The notes under the pieces: generated by a model
What the model was told of the DNA's origin: nothing
Databases searched by the model: none
The model's input: only the letters and a program-made list of their open reading frames with translations
Shown: piece by piece, positions 10,440 through 19,586 of the stretch
Layout: every line of letters begins with the position of its first letter
Position numbering within the stretch: position 1 is the first letter of the stretch
Translations under genes and position numbers: made by a program
Source: Patescibacteria group bacterium
GTDB lineage: Bacteria > Patescibacteriota > Patescibacteriia > UM-FILTER-42-10
Length of the DNA: 64,000 nucleotides
Direction: 5' to 3'
NCBI GenBank assembly: GCA_041666485.1
Contig: JBAYGW010000003.1
Location: 16,415 to 80,414, forward strand

Positions 10440-10660
10440 ATGTAGGTGGGAGGACCGCCGTACCAAAAAGCAAGCAGTAATGCTACCCGCTGGGTGACAT
10501 TGACTGACGGGATTCGTCTCGTCCGTGGGCAGATGTTGCCCTCTGGGATGCTAAAGTGCGCGTCCTCCCACCCCACTTTCTTCTACAAATTGCTTTGTGC
10601 GGACGCTTAAGTCCGTTTGTGATAGTCACCCCACAACCCGATCCTACAGGGAGGTACGCC
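10440..10660 (+). other. GC-rich highly structured non-coding segment (candidate leader/riboswitch-like RNA) upstream of GC-rich ORF
   Basis: 11-13 bp outer stem GGTGGGAGGAC…GTCCTCCCACC enclosing several short hairpins incl. AGCA-GUAA-UGCU (GNRA loop). Confidence 0.3.
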
Positions 10661-10760
10661 AAATGTACTCGTGGAGTTACGCACGCCACGGGTTCGGTTG
10701 ACCTGCGATCTTCTCCGTCTGAGTAGTCAATGCCCACGACTCAAAATGAGGAGATCTCGC

Positions 10761-11126
10761 ATGTGCGACAAGACCCAATGGAACGCGGGGCACGTCCTCG
10801 TCGTCCAGACCGTGTTCCCGACCGACAGCGAATCCCCCGGCGGTTTCTCGCGCAGCGTCATGTTGTGCACCTGTGGGAGCTGCCTGAGCTCCAACAACCC
10901 GATGACGCCCGCAGGGCCCCTGCACAGCTACCTGAAACGGTGCTTTGAGCAGGACGCTGCTGATGCGGTGGCGGGGGGCCTTGAGCCGCCCGTCAACCTC
11001 CTGAGCATGCCGAAGCTTGACCCGCGCACCGGCGCCGAGAAGCCGACCAAGAAGCAGGCAGCCATGCTGATCAAGCAGATCGGTCCGGACGCCTTCGCTT
11101 CCGACATCGTCGCGGCCTACGCCTAG
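10761..11126 (+). CDS. hypothetical Cys-containing protein in GC-rich island
   Basis: AGGAG RBS 7 nt upstream of ATG; strong GC3 bias; followed by clean terminator. Confidence 0.45.
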   Translation: MCDKTQWNAGHVLVVQTVFPTDSESPGGFSRSVMLCTCGSCLSSNNPMTPAGPLHSYLKRCFEQDAADAVAGGLEPPVNLLSMPKLDPRTGAEKPTKKQAAMLIKQIGPDAFASDIVAAYA

Positions 11127-11158
11127 CGTAGGAGAAGAAGTACATCGTTGAAGGACAT

Positions 11159-11192
11159 CGGGCGAATCCACTGGATTCGCCCATTTTTTTAT
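11159..11192 (+). terminator. rho-independent terminator
   Basis: GGGCGAATCCA-C-TGGATTCGCCC followed by TTTTTTT. Confidence 0.75.
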
Positions 11193-11276
11193 TATGAATA
11201 TTGACAGAAGAAGTGGAATACAATACCATTGTTAACGCCCGCTGATTGTAAGACATCCTTCATGGAGGAGGTGGAC

Positions 11277-11573
11277 ATGTCCCAAAGTCGGCTGGTGATG
11301 TTCTTAATGCTCTTTCTCGGACTGACTCTCTCTCCCCTGTTTCTTGTCGTTGCGGCGGTTATGTTCCTTGCTCCCTCGGAGCCGAAGCTCATCCCCCGGG
11401 ATGATGAAGGGAGACGTTGCTGTCCCGTCTGCCACTCCAGACACTATCTCATCTTCCCGACTCGGCAGAAGAGCTACTTCGGCCATTCCTGGATTTCAGC
11501 ATTTTGCAGAAACCAAATGGAATACCGCTACCAGGACTGCACAATGAGCTGGAAAGAATCCGGGGACGGCTAA
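11277..11573 (+). CDS. hypothetical membrane-anchored Cys-rich small protein
   Basis: GGAGGAGG RBS; N-terminal TM helix then CCPVCH…C…C. Confidence 0.4.
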   Translation: MSQSRLVMFLMLFLGLTLSPLFLVVAAVMFLAPSEPKLIPRDDEGRRCCPVCHSRHYLIFPTRQKSYFGHSWISAFCRNQMEYRYQDCTMSWKESGDG

Positions 11574-11623
11574 ACCGCGTTGATGTTCTATCAGCGCTTT
11601 TTTTATATATTTATTTGACGTTA

Positions 11624-11959
11624 CTATCTGAAGATTTTAGACAGAAACCAGTTTACAATAGCCAGTACAATACCAAACAGCAATGCCCACCAAAAGCTTG
11701 CTATGGAAAATCCCGGAACAATTAACGCCATCAGCATAACCAATAATGCGTTAATCACCAGCGTAAACAAGCCAAGCGTCAGAATATTGATCGGCAGAGT
11801 AAAAATTACTAAAACAGGTTTGATAAATATATTAATCAGACCCAATACCAACGCCCCGACAAAAGCGACAAAAAAACCATCAACCGCTACGCCCGGTAGC
11901 AGATAGGCTGTGATCAGGATTGCGACCGTTGAAATTAGCCATTTAATAAGGATTTTCAT
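11624..11959 (-). CDS. DUF360 / holin-family-4-like small membrane protein
   Basis: 111 aa, 3-4 TM, LPGVAVDGFFVAFVGALVLGLIN pattern. Confidence 0.5.
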   Translation of the reverse strand: MKILIKWLISTVAILITAYLLPGVAVDGFFVAFVGALVLGLINIFIKPVLVIFTLPINILTLGLFTLVINALLVMLMALIVPGFSIASFWWALLFGIVLAIVNWFLSKIFR

Positions 11960-12156
11960 ATTGTTTTATTTAATGATTATGAAATCTTAGCTCTCTCTCC
12001 ATCAACCCAAAATAGTTGTTCATTATTAACAAAAGTAGGTATAATTAATGTACAAATATATTTTAGCACAATTCGCATAAAATACTCTATATTGCTGAAA
12101 TACGACATATATTCGTGTTGAAACGGGTTAAGTGAAATTCTAAATCTATTTTACAT

Positions 12157-13206
12157 ATGACAAACCATTACGAACAACAATTACAATTTGCTGCCCGTCG
12201 TGAGCAAGAGTCACTATTTACTGACGAGAATTGGATGGTACGCGTCAACAACGAGCTCCATAGTACGTACTTACCACTAGATAAGGATAAAGAAACACTA
12301 AGACCAGAATATCATGCTAAATTACTGGAAGATGCAGAGGCGTATTACCTGAACATTGGTGACGATTTCAATACATTTCGTCTACGATTGAAAAGAGGAA
12401 ATTTACGGGAAGCTGAACAACTAGCGCAAGTATTTTTATCTAAAACAGAAGAACCTAATTTTTTCGCCCATTACACTTCACACCCAGAGGCAATGGACGA
12501 TGCAAACATTCTTGAATTAAAAAAAACATACGTTTTGAGTGATTTAGCGAGATATAAGAAAGATGAAGAGTTACAAAAACAAGCTGCTGCAAGATTCATT
12601 ACTTACGCGGAAAATCAATCGCAACGTGATGAACTATCTGGCTACGAGGCATCAGCTCTCGGATTCTGGCAGGCACGAAGTCTTGTTACAGAAAACAAGC
12701 GAGCTGATATTTCAAATAATTGCATTGCCCAGTTTCGGAAAGCTGCTGAAGATAGAGCTAAAGTCGGGGATCGCTGGTGGGAAAGCATTGCACTGCGCCA
12801 AATAGGCAAAATCTCACCAGATCCAGCGGATAAGCAGGCAGCCTTACAAAGGTCAGAGGAACTGATTACGGAATATACGCAAATGGGCGATTACAAAAAA
12901 GCAGCCCTCTGGGCTCGCGATGTAAATGATCTCAATCCTTCAACAGAAAATGCTCAAAGAATGGAAGATTTGTGGAATGAAAACATAAGGAGAATGCAGG
13001 AAAGTGGTAATACGCGAGACATAGCTAAATCGCTCTGGTCTTTGTTCAAAAGGGTAAGAAAATACGATAGTGAAAAAGCTGAAGATTGCAGATTAAAGAC
13101 AATAGAGTGGTATGAGAAACTCTTATCCGAGGAAAAGGCTAAAAAGCAACCGAGAGAAGACAGAATACGCGAGTGCTATTGGGTATTCAGTGAGCTCATT
13201 CAATAA
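12157..13206 (+). CDS. hypothetical protein, predicted all-alpha
   Basis: long ORF, coding-like composition, no recognised motif. Confidence 0.5.
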   Translation: MTNHYEQQLQFAARREQESLFTDENWMVRVNNELHSTYLPLDKDKETLRPEYHAKLLEDAEAYYLNIGDDFNTFRLRLKRGNLREAEQLAQVFLSKTEEPNFFAHYTSHPEAMDDANILELKKTYVLSDLARYKKDEELQKQAAARFITYAENQSQRDELSGYEASALGFWQARSLVTENKRADISNNCIAQFRKAAEDRAKVGDRWWESIALRQIGKISPDPADKQAALQRSEELITEYTQMGDYKKAALWARDVNDLNPSTENAQRMEDLWNENIRRMQESGNTRDIAKSLWSLFKRVRKYDSEKAEDCRLKTIEWYEKLLSEEKAKKQPREDRIRECYWVFSELIQ

Positions 13207-13290
13207 ATTCAGAACTTCACACAACACCGCGTATGCGGAGAGTTTAAATCATATAGAAACAATCGGAAAATAATAAATATAGTATAATTT

Positions 13291-13779
13291 ATGACTAAAA
13301 AAATAGTTGGAATAATGGGTCCCGGTAGTAAAGCCACCATGAAGGACCTAAAAAACGCCTACAATATCGGAAAATTTTGTGCTGAAAATAACTGGGTTAC
13401 TTTAACAGGTGGCAGAAACAAAGGAGTAATGAATGAAGCATTAAAAGGCGCGAAAAAGGGTAACGGCTTAACTATCGGAATATTGCCAACTGATGAAAAA
13501 AATAAATTTTCTAAATTCCTAGATATTGCAATCTGCACAAATATGAGATCTGGAAGAAATTATATAAATGTTTTGTCTAGTGATATAGTAGTAGCCTGTG
13601 GTATAGACCCTGGCACATCTTCAGAGATCAGTTTGGCAATAAAACCAAAAAAGAATGTAATTTTAGTAGGACTTAATAAAGAGGCAAAAGACTTTTATAA
13701 AAAACTAGCCCCTAAACAAGTTTATTGTGTAAAAAATTATATAGAAGCAAATAAAATATTAGCTGAAAAACTTGGGTGA
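13291..13779 (+). CDS. LOG/TIGR00725-family Rossmann-fold nucleotide-binding protein (putative nucleotide N-glycosidase)
   Basis: TGGRNKGVMNEALKGA and DPGTSSEISLA approximate LOG GGGxxGxM / PGGxGTxxE motifs. Confidence 0.6.
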   Translation: MTKKIVGIMGPGSKATMKDLKNAYNIGKFCAENNWVTLTGGRNKGVMNEALKGAKKGNGLTIGILPTDEKNKFSKFLDIAICTNMRSGRNYINVLSSDIVVACGIDPGTSSEISLAIKPKKNVILVGLNKEAKDFYKKLAPKQVYCVKNYIEANKILAEKLG

Positions 13780-13785
13780 TTTTTT

Positions 13786-13992
13786 GTGTCATACATCACC
13801 CCCGACCTTGACGAAGCTGGCAAAAAACAACTTGCGGATGTTGTATTAGCTATGAGAAAAGATTTGTTAGGCAGAAAAACTAAATTAAAACATGATGATA
13901 TAAAATATTTCATGTTACTTACGACAAATAGTAATATATTTTACTTCGTACAACACGCATTAGGAGAAATGCATAAACCAATTGAAAATTAA
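13786..13992 (+). CDS. hypothetical small protein
   Basis: 68-aa ORF tightly packed between two related genes. Confidence 0.3.
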   Translation: MSYITPDLDEAGKKQLADVVLAMRKDLLGRKTKLKHDDIKYFMLLTTNSNIFYFVQHALGEMHKPIEN

Positions 13993-14001
13993 ATAAATAG
14001 A

Positions 14002-14418
14002 ATGAAAATTGTAATTTGCGGAAGTATGTCGTCAGCAGTTAAGATGTTAAACGCTGAGAAAGAATTACTTCAAAAAGGCCATAAAGTTGTATTACCAAAA
14101 CATACAAAAGAATATGCAGAAATAGAATCGGAGGCGGACACATCACATGAATCAATCAAGGACAAAATTGAACAAGATCTAATACGAGACTATTTTGAAG
14201 AGATAAAAAACGCTGATGCAGTTTTGATTATTAATGTTGATAAATACGGTATTCAAAATTATATCGGTGGAAATGCTTTTCTGGAAATGGGTTTTGCATA
14301 TGTTCTCAGTAAACCAATTTATATACTCAATCAAATTCCGGAAATATTTTATAAAGATGAGATTTTGGCAATGCAGCCGATTACACTTAACGGAAATTTA
14401 TCTAAAATACATTTATAG
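14002..14418 (+). CDS. nucleoside 2-deoxyribosyltransferase / DNPH1(Rcl)-like protein
   Basis: MKIVICGSM N-terminus and NAFLEMGFAYVLSKPIYIL (catalytic Glu context) typical of NDT/Rcl fold. Confidence 0.5.
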   Translation: MKIVICGSMSSAVKMLNAEKELLQKGHKVVLPKHTKEYAEIESEADTSHESIKDKIEQDLIRDYFEEIKNADAVLIINVDKYGIQNYIGGNAFLEMGFAYVLSKPIYILNQIPEIFYKDEILAMQPITLNGNLSKIHL

Positions 14419-14696
14419 TTAGCAAATTTTTACCATTTTCTTCTATTGTTATATAATAAGAAAACAATAAAAATCAAGCATCGCACCAGCCTTGGCGAGG
14501 CGGGCAACACCGGATATCACCACTACGGTCTAGAACCCTTGGGGGCCTTTTTCAAGGAATTTCAGAGAGTTTTTCAAGAGGTCACCCCGTCATACGACGG
14601 GGCAGGAAATGAGACAAAAGAGACAGTGCAGAGGGGTGTCTTATTCTTGACTCATTTAAATAACAGTAGCGTAATATTTACACGTTTAATTATCTC

Positions 14697-14723
14697 AAAA
14701 GGCACGAATTGATATTCGTGCCC
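14697..14723 (-). terminator. putative terminator hairpin
   Basis: GGCACGAAT-TGAT-ATTCGTGCC 9-bp stem, T-run on minus strand. Confidence 0.4.
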
Positions 14724-14855
14724 ATATGCTATCTATAAGAATTAGACAATTATAACAACTTAATTTGTAAAACAGATACAAGAGACACAATGTCTATTAT
14801 AATTTTTCAACTAAATCATTAACTTCTTCGACATTAATTATGATTAGCTAAAAGA

Positions 14856-15392
14856 TTATTGCGCAGCAGGATAATTGACACGACCCAGATCGCGCGTTAA
14901 TGCCCACCATAAAGACGTCTTTGTAACCGATGGTAGCGATCCGGAAGTATCTTCAGGTATTGATAATACATCGTCCATTAATTGTCCTTGAATATACTGA
15001 CCCGGCACAAAAAGAGAGACTGCGGTCGCTGCGCTGGGATTCGGGTGATTCAACACTGTTAACTGTCCGTTAGTACGCATAACGTCTCTAATCATTAAAA
15101 CTCTTCCAATATATCCATCTGACTCGGTAAATGGATTACTATTTGGCGCGACTGCTGTATATGCATAAAAGCGAAATGAATTTGCAAAAGTCGGGCTAAG
15201 ATAAAAATAAATGCCCAAGAGTACAAATGTAAAACCAACCAAAGTAAAAAAGGAACCGACAATTAAGGAAATCCTTTTCCAAAGACTCCCTTTTGATTTG
15301 ATAATAAATATAATCAAAACAACCACTGCAATTAATATCAGCGGCATAATGACCGCCAAGCTTATGTAGTTTAAACCAAGGTTTGCTTGCAT
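14856..15392 (-). CDS. hypothetical membrane protein (2 TM + extracytoplasmic domain)
   Basis: ORF with N-terminal hydrophobic helices. Confidence 0.5.
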   Translation of the reverse strand: MQANLGLNYISLAVIMPLILIAVVVLIIFIIKSKGSLWKRISLIVGSFFTLVGFTFVLLGIYFYLSPTFANSFRFYAYTAVAPNSNPFTESDGYIGRVLMIRDVMRTNGQLTVLNHPNPSAATAVSLFVPGQYIQGQLMDDVLSIPEDTSGSLPSVTKTSLWWALTRDLGRVNYPAAQ

Positions 15393-15451
15393 ATGTTTTA
15401 TAATAAAGATTTATATGTATATATTATATCATTTTATATAAAAGTATAATA

Positions 15452-15491
15452 GTATAAAAATGGCTCTGACAACGAATTCGTCGCCAGAGCC
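15452..15491 (-). terminator. rho-independent terminator
   Basis: GGCTCTG…CAGAGCC stem followed by T-run on minus strand. Confidence 0.6.
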
Positions 15492-15514
15492 TTGAATGAA
15501 ACAGGAGCGCTATA

Positions 15515-15895
15515 CTACGGACAGCTGCCGATCCACGGGGTCGGACTGCCCGTGTAGTCGAATGCCAGGCAACCGAGATGCGTCGTACCACCACCGAGGG
15601 TCTTCGACGGCCAGGTGTTGGACTGAATGTTGATGTCATTCACCCATGCCTTGCCGATGTAACCGGAACCAGACGGAAGTCCCGAGACAGAGATCAGTCG
15701 TTGCCCGAGCGGGAGCGTGACCATCGTGTTCTGCCAACGGACTGTGCTCCCCTGGATGATCTGCACCGTGTACGTGAATGATGATGGACCTCTCACCGTC
15801 ACCTGAGCAGTGCCGGCATGGGCGACGCTAACAGATCCGATGGACACCATCACGACGAGGACAAACAGCAGGATGACACTCTTGAAGATCTTCAT
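15515..15895 (-). CDS. small secreted protein (signal peptide, two Cys), GC-rich
   Basis: AGGTGG RBS; MKIF…VAHAG signal peptide; GC-rich codon usage. Confidence 0.5.
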   Translation of the reverse strand: MKIFKSVILLFVLVVMVSIGSVSVAHAGTAQVTVRGPSSFTYTVQIIQGSTVRWQNTMVTLPLGQRLISVSGLPSGSGYIGKAWVNDINIQSNTWPSKTLGGGTTHLGCLAFDYTGSPTPWIGSCP

Positions 15896-16459
15896 GATCT
15901 TCCACCTTTCATGCGAGTTTGCCTATGCTGTAATGACCAATGAAGCTACGATGAACTCTTACCTCCTTTCTCAAATAGGAAACGAACGATGAATCATTCC
16001 TGGTGTAACCAAGAACGTTATTAAAAGTATGTATGAGTATCAAAATTATTGCAAGAATAAACTTGCGTTATGAAATCTCGGAATCCAAACTACTTTCTCT
16101 TTTTAGAGTGATGATTGAGTGTCCACCAACATCGAAATCAAGATTTTGATGTATTAATGCGTACAGTTTTTTTATAATATGACCATCTTAGACAAACCCA
16201 GACAATATGATTACCGATAATATCAGACAAAATAAATGCCCTTGGAATGAAGCAGAAATGTAAACACTCACAAATGTGCTGTAAAAAATATTTCAATTTG
16301 TGATTATTTCTGTGGGATTGAATATCTAGATAATGTTTTGTGTTGTTATCCCGATAAAAATACTTTGCTAGATAATAAACAAAACAAATAATTTTATTCC
16401 TTAACGCTCGCTCTGGACGCCGGAATATCCTATTCTGTTAGCTGATTGCCGGATAAATT

Positions 16460-17461
16460 TCAGGCTATCGGGTTATTCTCCATCTTTTCACTTTCATCTT
16501 CAATCTCCCCCACCAACTCTTCCAATAGATCTTCCAGCGTGGCAATACCGACGGCTTTTTGTTGCTTGTCCACAACTACTGCAATGTGAACATGAGTTTT
16601 CTGAAAAATTTTGAACAGGTAATTTATTTTAAAATCCTCATCTACAATAATCGGTTTTTTTGCAACCTGTTCAATACGAGCGTTGCCTTTATTTTTTACA
16701 AGTTCTCTAGCAATATCTTTCACTAGTGCAATCCCCACGATGTCATGCTTGTCAGATTTATATACCGGAACACGCGAATAGCCACTGGTAATAATTTCAC
16801 TCATCGCTTCTGAAATTGTTTTTTCACCTTGGAGCATAAAAACGTTTTTAAAAGGGACCATAATCTCTTTTGCTAAAGTATCGCTGAATATCAAAGCCTG
16901 GTTCATAATATATTGCTCGTGCGGTTGAATTACATTTCTTTCCACGCCAAACTGGATCATTTCCTTGATTTCTGTTTCCGTAATTAATTCTTGATCAGGG
17001 ATTTTTACAATTCTGTGCATTAAATTTGTAATCCATTCCAAAAACCAGACAAACGGATAAATAATTAAACCGAAATAGTAAACCGGCCTGGAAATAAATA
17101 AAGCTATGGCACCGGCATTACGGTTGGCAAATGTCTTTGGCATAATTTCACCAAAGATTAAGATCAACAAAGTCAGAATGCCCGTTGCTAATCCGATCAC
17201 ACCTGATCCAAAATGTTCTGAGACAATAATTGCCGTCATGGAGGCCGCGGAGATGTTTGCGATGTTATTGCCGATTAAAACTATAATAATCATCCGGCGA
17301 GGTCTTTCCTTTAGTTTGCGTAAAATACGCGAGCCGCGCTTATTTTCTTTAAGATACGTACGCACCTTTAAATCTGTTACCGAAAGCAAAGCAACCTCGG
17401 CAGCGGAAAAATATCCGGAGATCAGCAACAGAACAAATAAGATTAAAATGTTGGTCCACAT
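16460..17461 (-). CDS. CNNM/DUF21 + CBS-pair membrane protein (TlyC/CorC-like)
   Basis: N-terminal DUF21 TM region, two CBS motifs. Confidence 0.72.
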   Translation of the reverse strand: MWTNILILFVLLLISGYFSAAEVALLSVTDLKVRTYLKENKRGSRILRKLKERPRRMIIIVLIGNNIANISAASMTAIIVSEHFGSGVIGLATGILTLLILIFGEIMPKTFANRNAGAIALFISRPVYYFGLIIYPFVWFLEWITNLMHRIVKIPDQELITETEIKEMIQFGVERNVIQPHEQYIMNQALIFSDTLAKEIMVPFKNVFMLQGEKTISEAMSEIITSGYSRVPVYKSDKHDIVGIALVKDIARELVKNKGNARIEQVAKKPIIVDEDFKINYLFKIFQKTHVHIAVVVDKQQKAVGIATLEDLLEELVGEIEDESEKMENNPIA

Positions 17462-17462
17462 A

Positions 17463-18041
17463 CTACTTTACTATATTTATGTTGAATTTTTTTAGTGCCC
17501 TGACTAAAGCATAGATGGGCAAACCGACAATGCTAAAGAAATCACCTTCCAACTTGCGGATCAGCACTGCACCATACCCCTGAACGGCAAATGCTCCCGC
17601 TTTATCTAAAGGTTCACGTGTTCCAATATACCAGTTTATTTCCTCTGATGATAGCTTTTTGATGGAGACTTTTGCGGTGCTATAATCAGAATATTTCCTT
17701 TTTGTTCTTGCGTCAACTATAGCAAATCCGGTGATTACATTCACACTCTTCCCGCTGATCATTTTTAACATTCTTCGGGTATCTTCCTTGTCTTTCGGCT
17801 TGCCTAATAGCTTATTACCCAAAACAACAAAAGTATCAGCGCCAATTACTATCCCCTCTGCATGTTTCTTTGCCACAGACTGGGCTTTGTTAAGCGCCAA
17901 AAACTTCGCCAGCCTCACAGGCGACAGATTTATTTTCATATCCTCCGGATATTCGCTGGCTTCCACAGAAAATTTTACTTTCAACATTTTCAGCAATTCT
18001 ATTCTCCTGGGGGAGGTTGATGCCAAAATTATTTTTTGCAT
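17463..18041 (-). CDS. maf: Maf-like nucleoside triphosphate pyrophosphatase
   Basis: ILASTSPRRIELL, ADTFVVLGNKLLGKP motifs. Confidence 0.85.
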   Translation of the reverse strand: MQKIILASTSPRRIELLKMLKVKFSVEASEYPEDMKINLSPVRLAKFLALNKAQSVAKKHAEGIVIGADTFVVLGNKLLGKPKDKEDTRRMLKMISGKSVNVITGFAIVDARTKRKYSDYSTAKVSIKKLSSEEINWYIGTREPLDKAGAFAVQGYGAVLIRKLEGDFFSIVGLPIYALVRALKKFNINIVK

Positions 18042-18054
18042 TTCAGAATTATAA

Positions 18055-18753
18055 TCATCTTATCATCAATTTTTTTACTAAATATAACGGCAATGTCGCG
18101 ATCAGCGCAAGCATTTCCATTAATGCTCCCAGTGACACAACGGGCCCCATATATTTGTTCTGTAGCATATTCAGTGTATTTTTGCCTACATCATAGTATA
18201 TCATCAAACCACCTAAAATTATTAAAAACAAAATTCCCCAAATTGCATTTTTGATATCAACACTGCTCGGTGCAATAGAGGCGGAAATCCCCGTCGCAAG
18301 ATATAAAAACAGCCAGAACTTCCAGTCAGAAGCAAACTCGCGAAAAAAATCAAGAGCGCTTTGAAAAAGACCATTAATATTTTGTAGAAATGTGACGGAA
18401 AAATCAACACTCGGCAAAGTATTGTGATAACCGAAAAGCACAAAAAGTCCCCAGAGCGACAGTGAGCACCCGATGAGCGGAGCCAATCCGATCAGTGGTT
18501 TGCCGATTATCGGTATTCTTGGCTGACCGTGTTCCACCTCTCCCCCCTCCGGCGCAAAAAAACGGATCCTCATTATCTTTGCCCGCATCAGTACACACGC
18601 TATTGCGTGGCTAAGCTCATGGATAATGATTCCCGGCGTGATAAACCACCGATAACCATGGCGGGGGAAAATTCTGCTCCACAAAAAATCTAACAAAAAA
18701 CTGAAAATAATCAGCAGGACAAACCACGTCAGAAATGCCAGATAGTTTGCCAT
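18055..18753 (-). CDS. membrane protein with intramembrane HExxH (site-2-protease/M50-like)
   Basis: IIHELSHAIA in TM helix. Confidence 0.4.
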   Translation of the reverse strand: MANYLAFLTWFVLLIIFSFLLDFLWSRIFPRHGYRWFITPGIIIHELSHAIACVLMRAKIMRIRFFAPEGGEVEHGQPRIPIIGKPLIGLAPLIGCSLSLWGLFVLFGYHNTLPSVDFSVTFLQNINGLFQSALDFFREFASDWKFWLFLYLATGISASIAPSSVDIKNAIWGILFLIILGGLMIYYDVGKNTLNMLQNKYMGPVVSLGALMEMLALIATLPLYLVKKLMIR

Positions 18754-18771
18754 ATGATATTCAGCTAATAA

Positions 18772-19236
18772 TTATTGTCCGATGTATGAACTTTGGACTC
18801 TAAAAGTGCTCGTGCTGGTTGCTCCGGCCGATTCAAAATATTCACCCGACTTATTCACAAGTTTAATTCTTAGAATATAGTTACCCTCATCAACAGTCCT
18901 GACCATCTGGCTGCCGCCTTTACTCAGAACGTTGTACGAACCGGGCACGATTATTATCGTTTCACCATTTTTTATCAATTCCAGGTCAATTCTCTGCACC
19001 GCCTGTGTTTCTCCGGACAGCACATATTGAGCAACCAACGGACCGGGATTCATTACGGCATTATTTGCCGGGGATAATATTTGTACTGATGGCTCCTCGT
19101 CAATTGTAATTTCTGCCTCAACATTTGAGTTACTATTATTTTCTTCCCTAAAATAATTATTTTGCGCAAGCCATGTCCAAATCAAAATTACTGCAGATAA
19201 TAAGGCAATTACAATTACTAATTTTTTGTTGTTCAT
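18772..19236 (-). CDS. hypothetical secreted/anchored protein
   Basis: N-terminal TM/signal, Asn-rich linker. Confidence 0.4.
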   Translation of the reverse strand: MNNKKLVIVIALLSAVILIWTWLAQNNYFREENNSNSNVEAEITIDEEPSVQILSPANNAVMNPGPLVAQYVLSGETQAVQRIDLELIKNGETIIIVPGSYNVLSKGGSQMVRTVDEGNYILRIKLVNKSGEYFESAGATSTSTFRVQSSYIGQ

Positions 19237-19586
19237 TATGACAGTCCTAATTCATCTTTAGCACTTTCCTTTACCATATCCGGTGTCCAGGGCGGATCCC
19301 AGACTAGGTACACCTTTGCACTTTTTATGCCCGGGAGCTTTTCTAGAACTTCCTGCGCCTGTCTGGTAATCGGACCTGCAAGCGGGCACCCCGGGAAAGT
19401 CAGTGTCATTTTTAGGGTCACAGCATTATTGCGTACCGATAAGCTATATATCAGACCGAGATCAACAATATTGATTCCTAATTCCGGATCCATTACTTCC
19501 CTTAATGCATTCTCAGCTGATTTCTTTGTAATTTTGTCCTGAAGCTTTATTTGTGGCTTTTTTTTATTCATAACGCAGAGCGTCAA
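19236..19586 (-). CDS. DUF59/MIP18 family Fe-S assembly protein (SufT-like)
   Basis: DPELGINIVDLGLIYSL motif. Confidence 0.7.
   Translation of the reverse strand: MTLCVMNKKKPQIKLQDKITKKSAENALREVMDPELGINIVDLGLIYSLSVRNNAVTLKMTLTFPGCPLAGPITRQAQEVLEKLPGIKSAKVYLVWDPPWTPDMVKESAKDELGLS

Noticed and set aside
14466-14696. SRP RNA / tmRNA / RNase P / 6S identity for the GC-rich island
   Set aside because: Conserved 4.5S helix-8 motif, tmRNA tRNA-like end, and RNase P CR-I/CR-II sequences are absent. It is kept only as an unclassified candidate sRNA.
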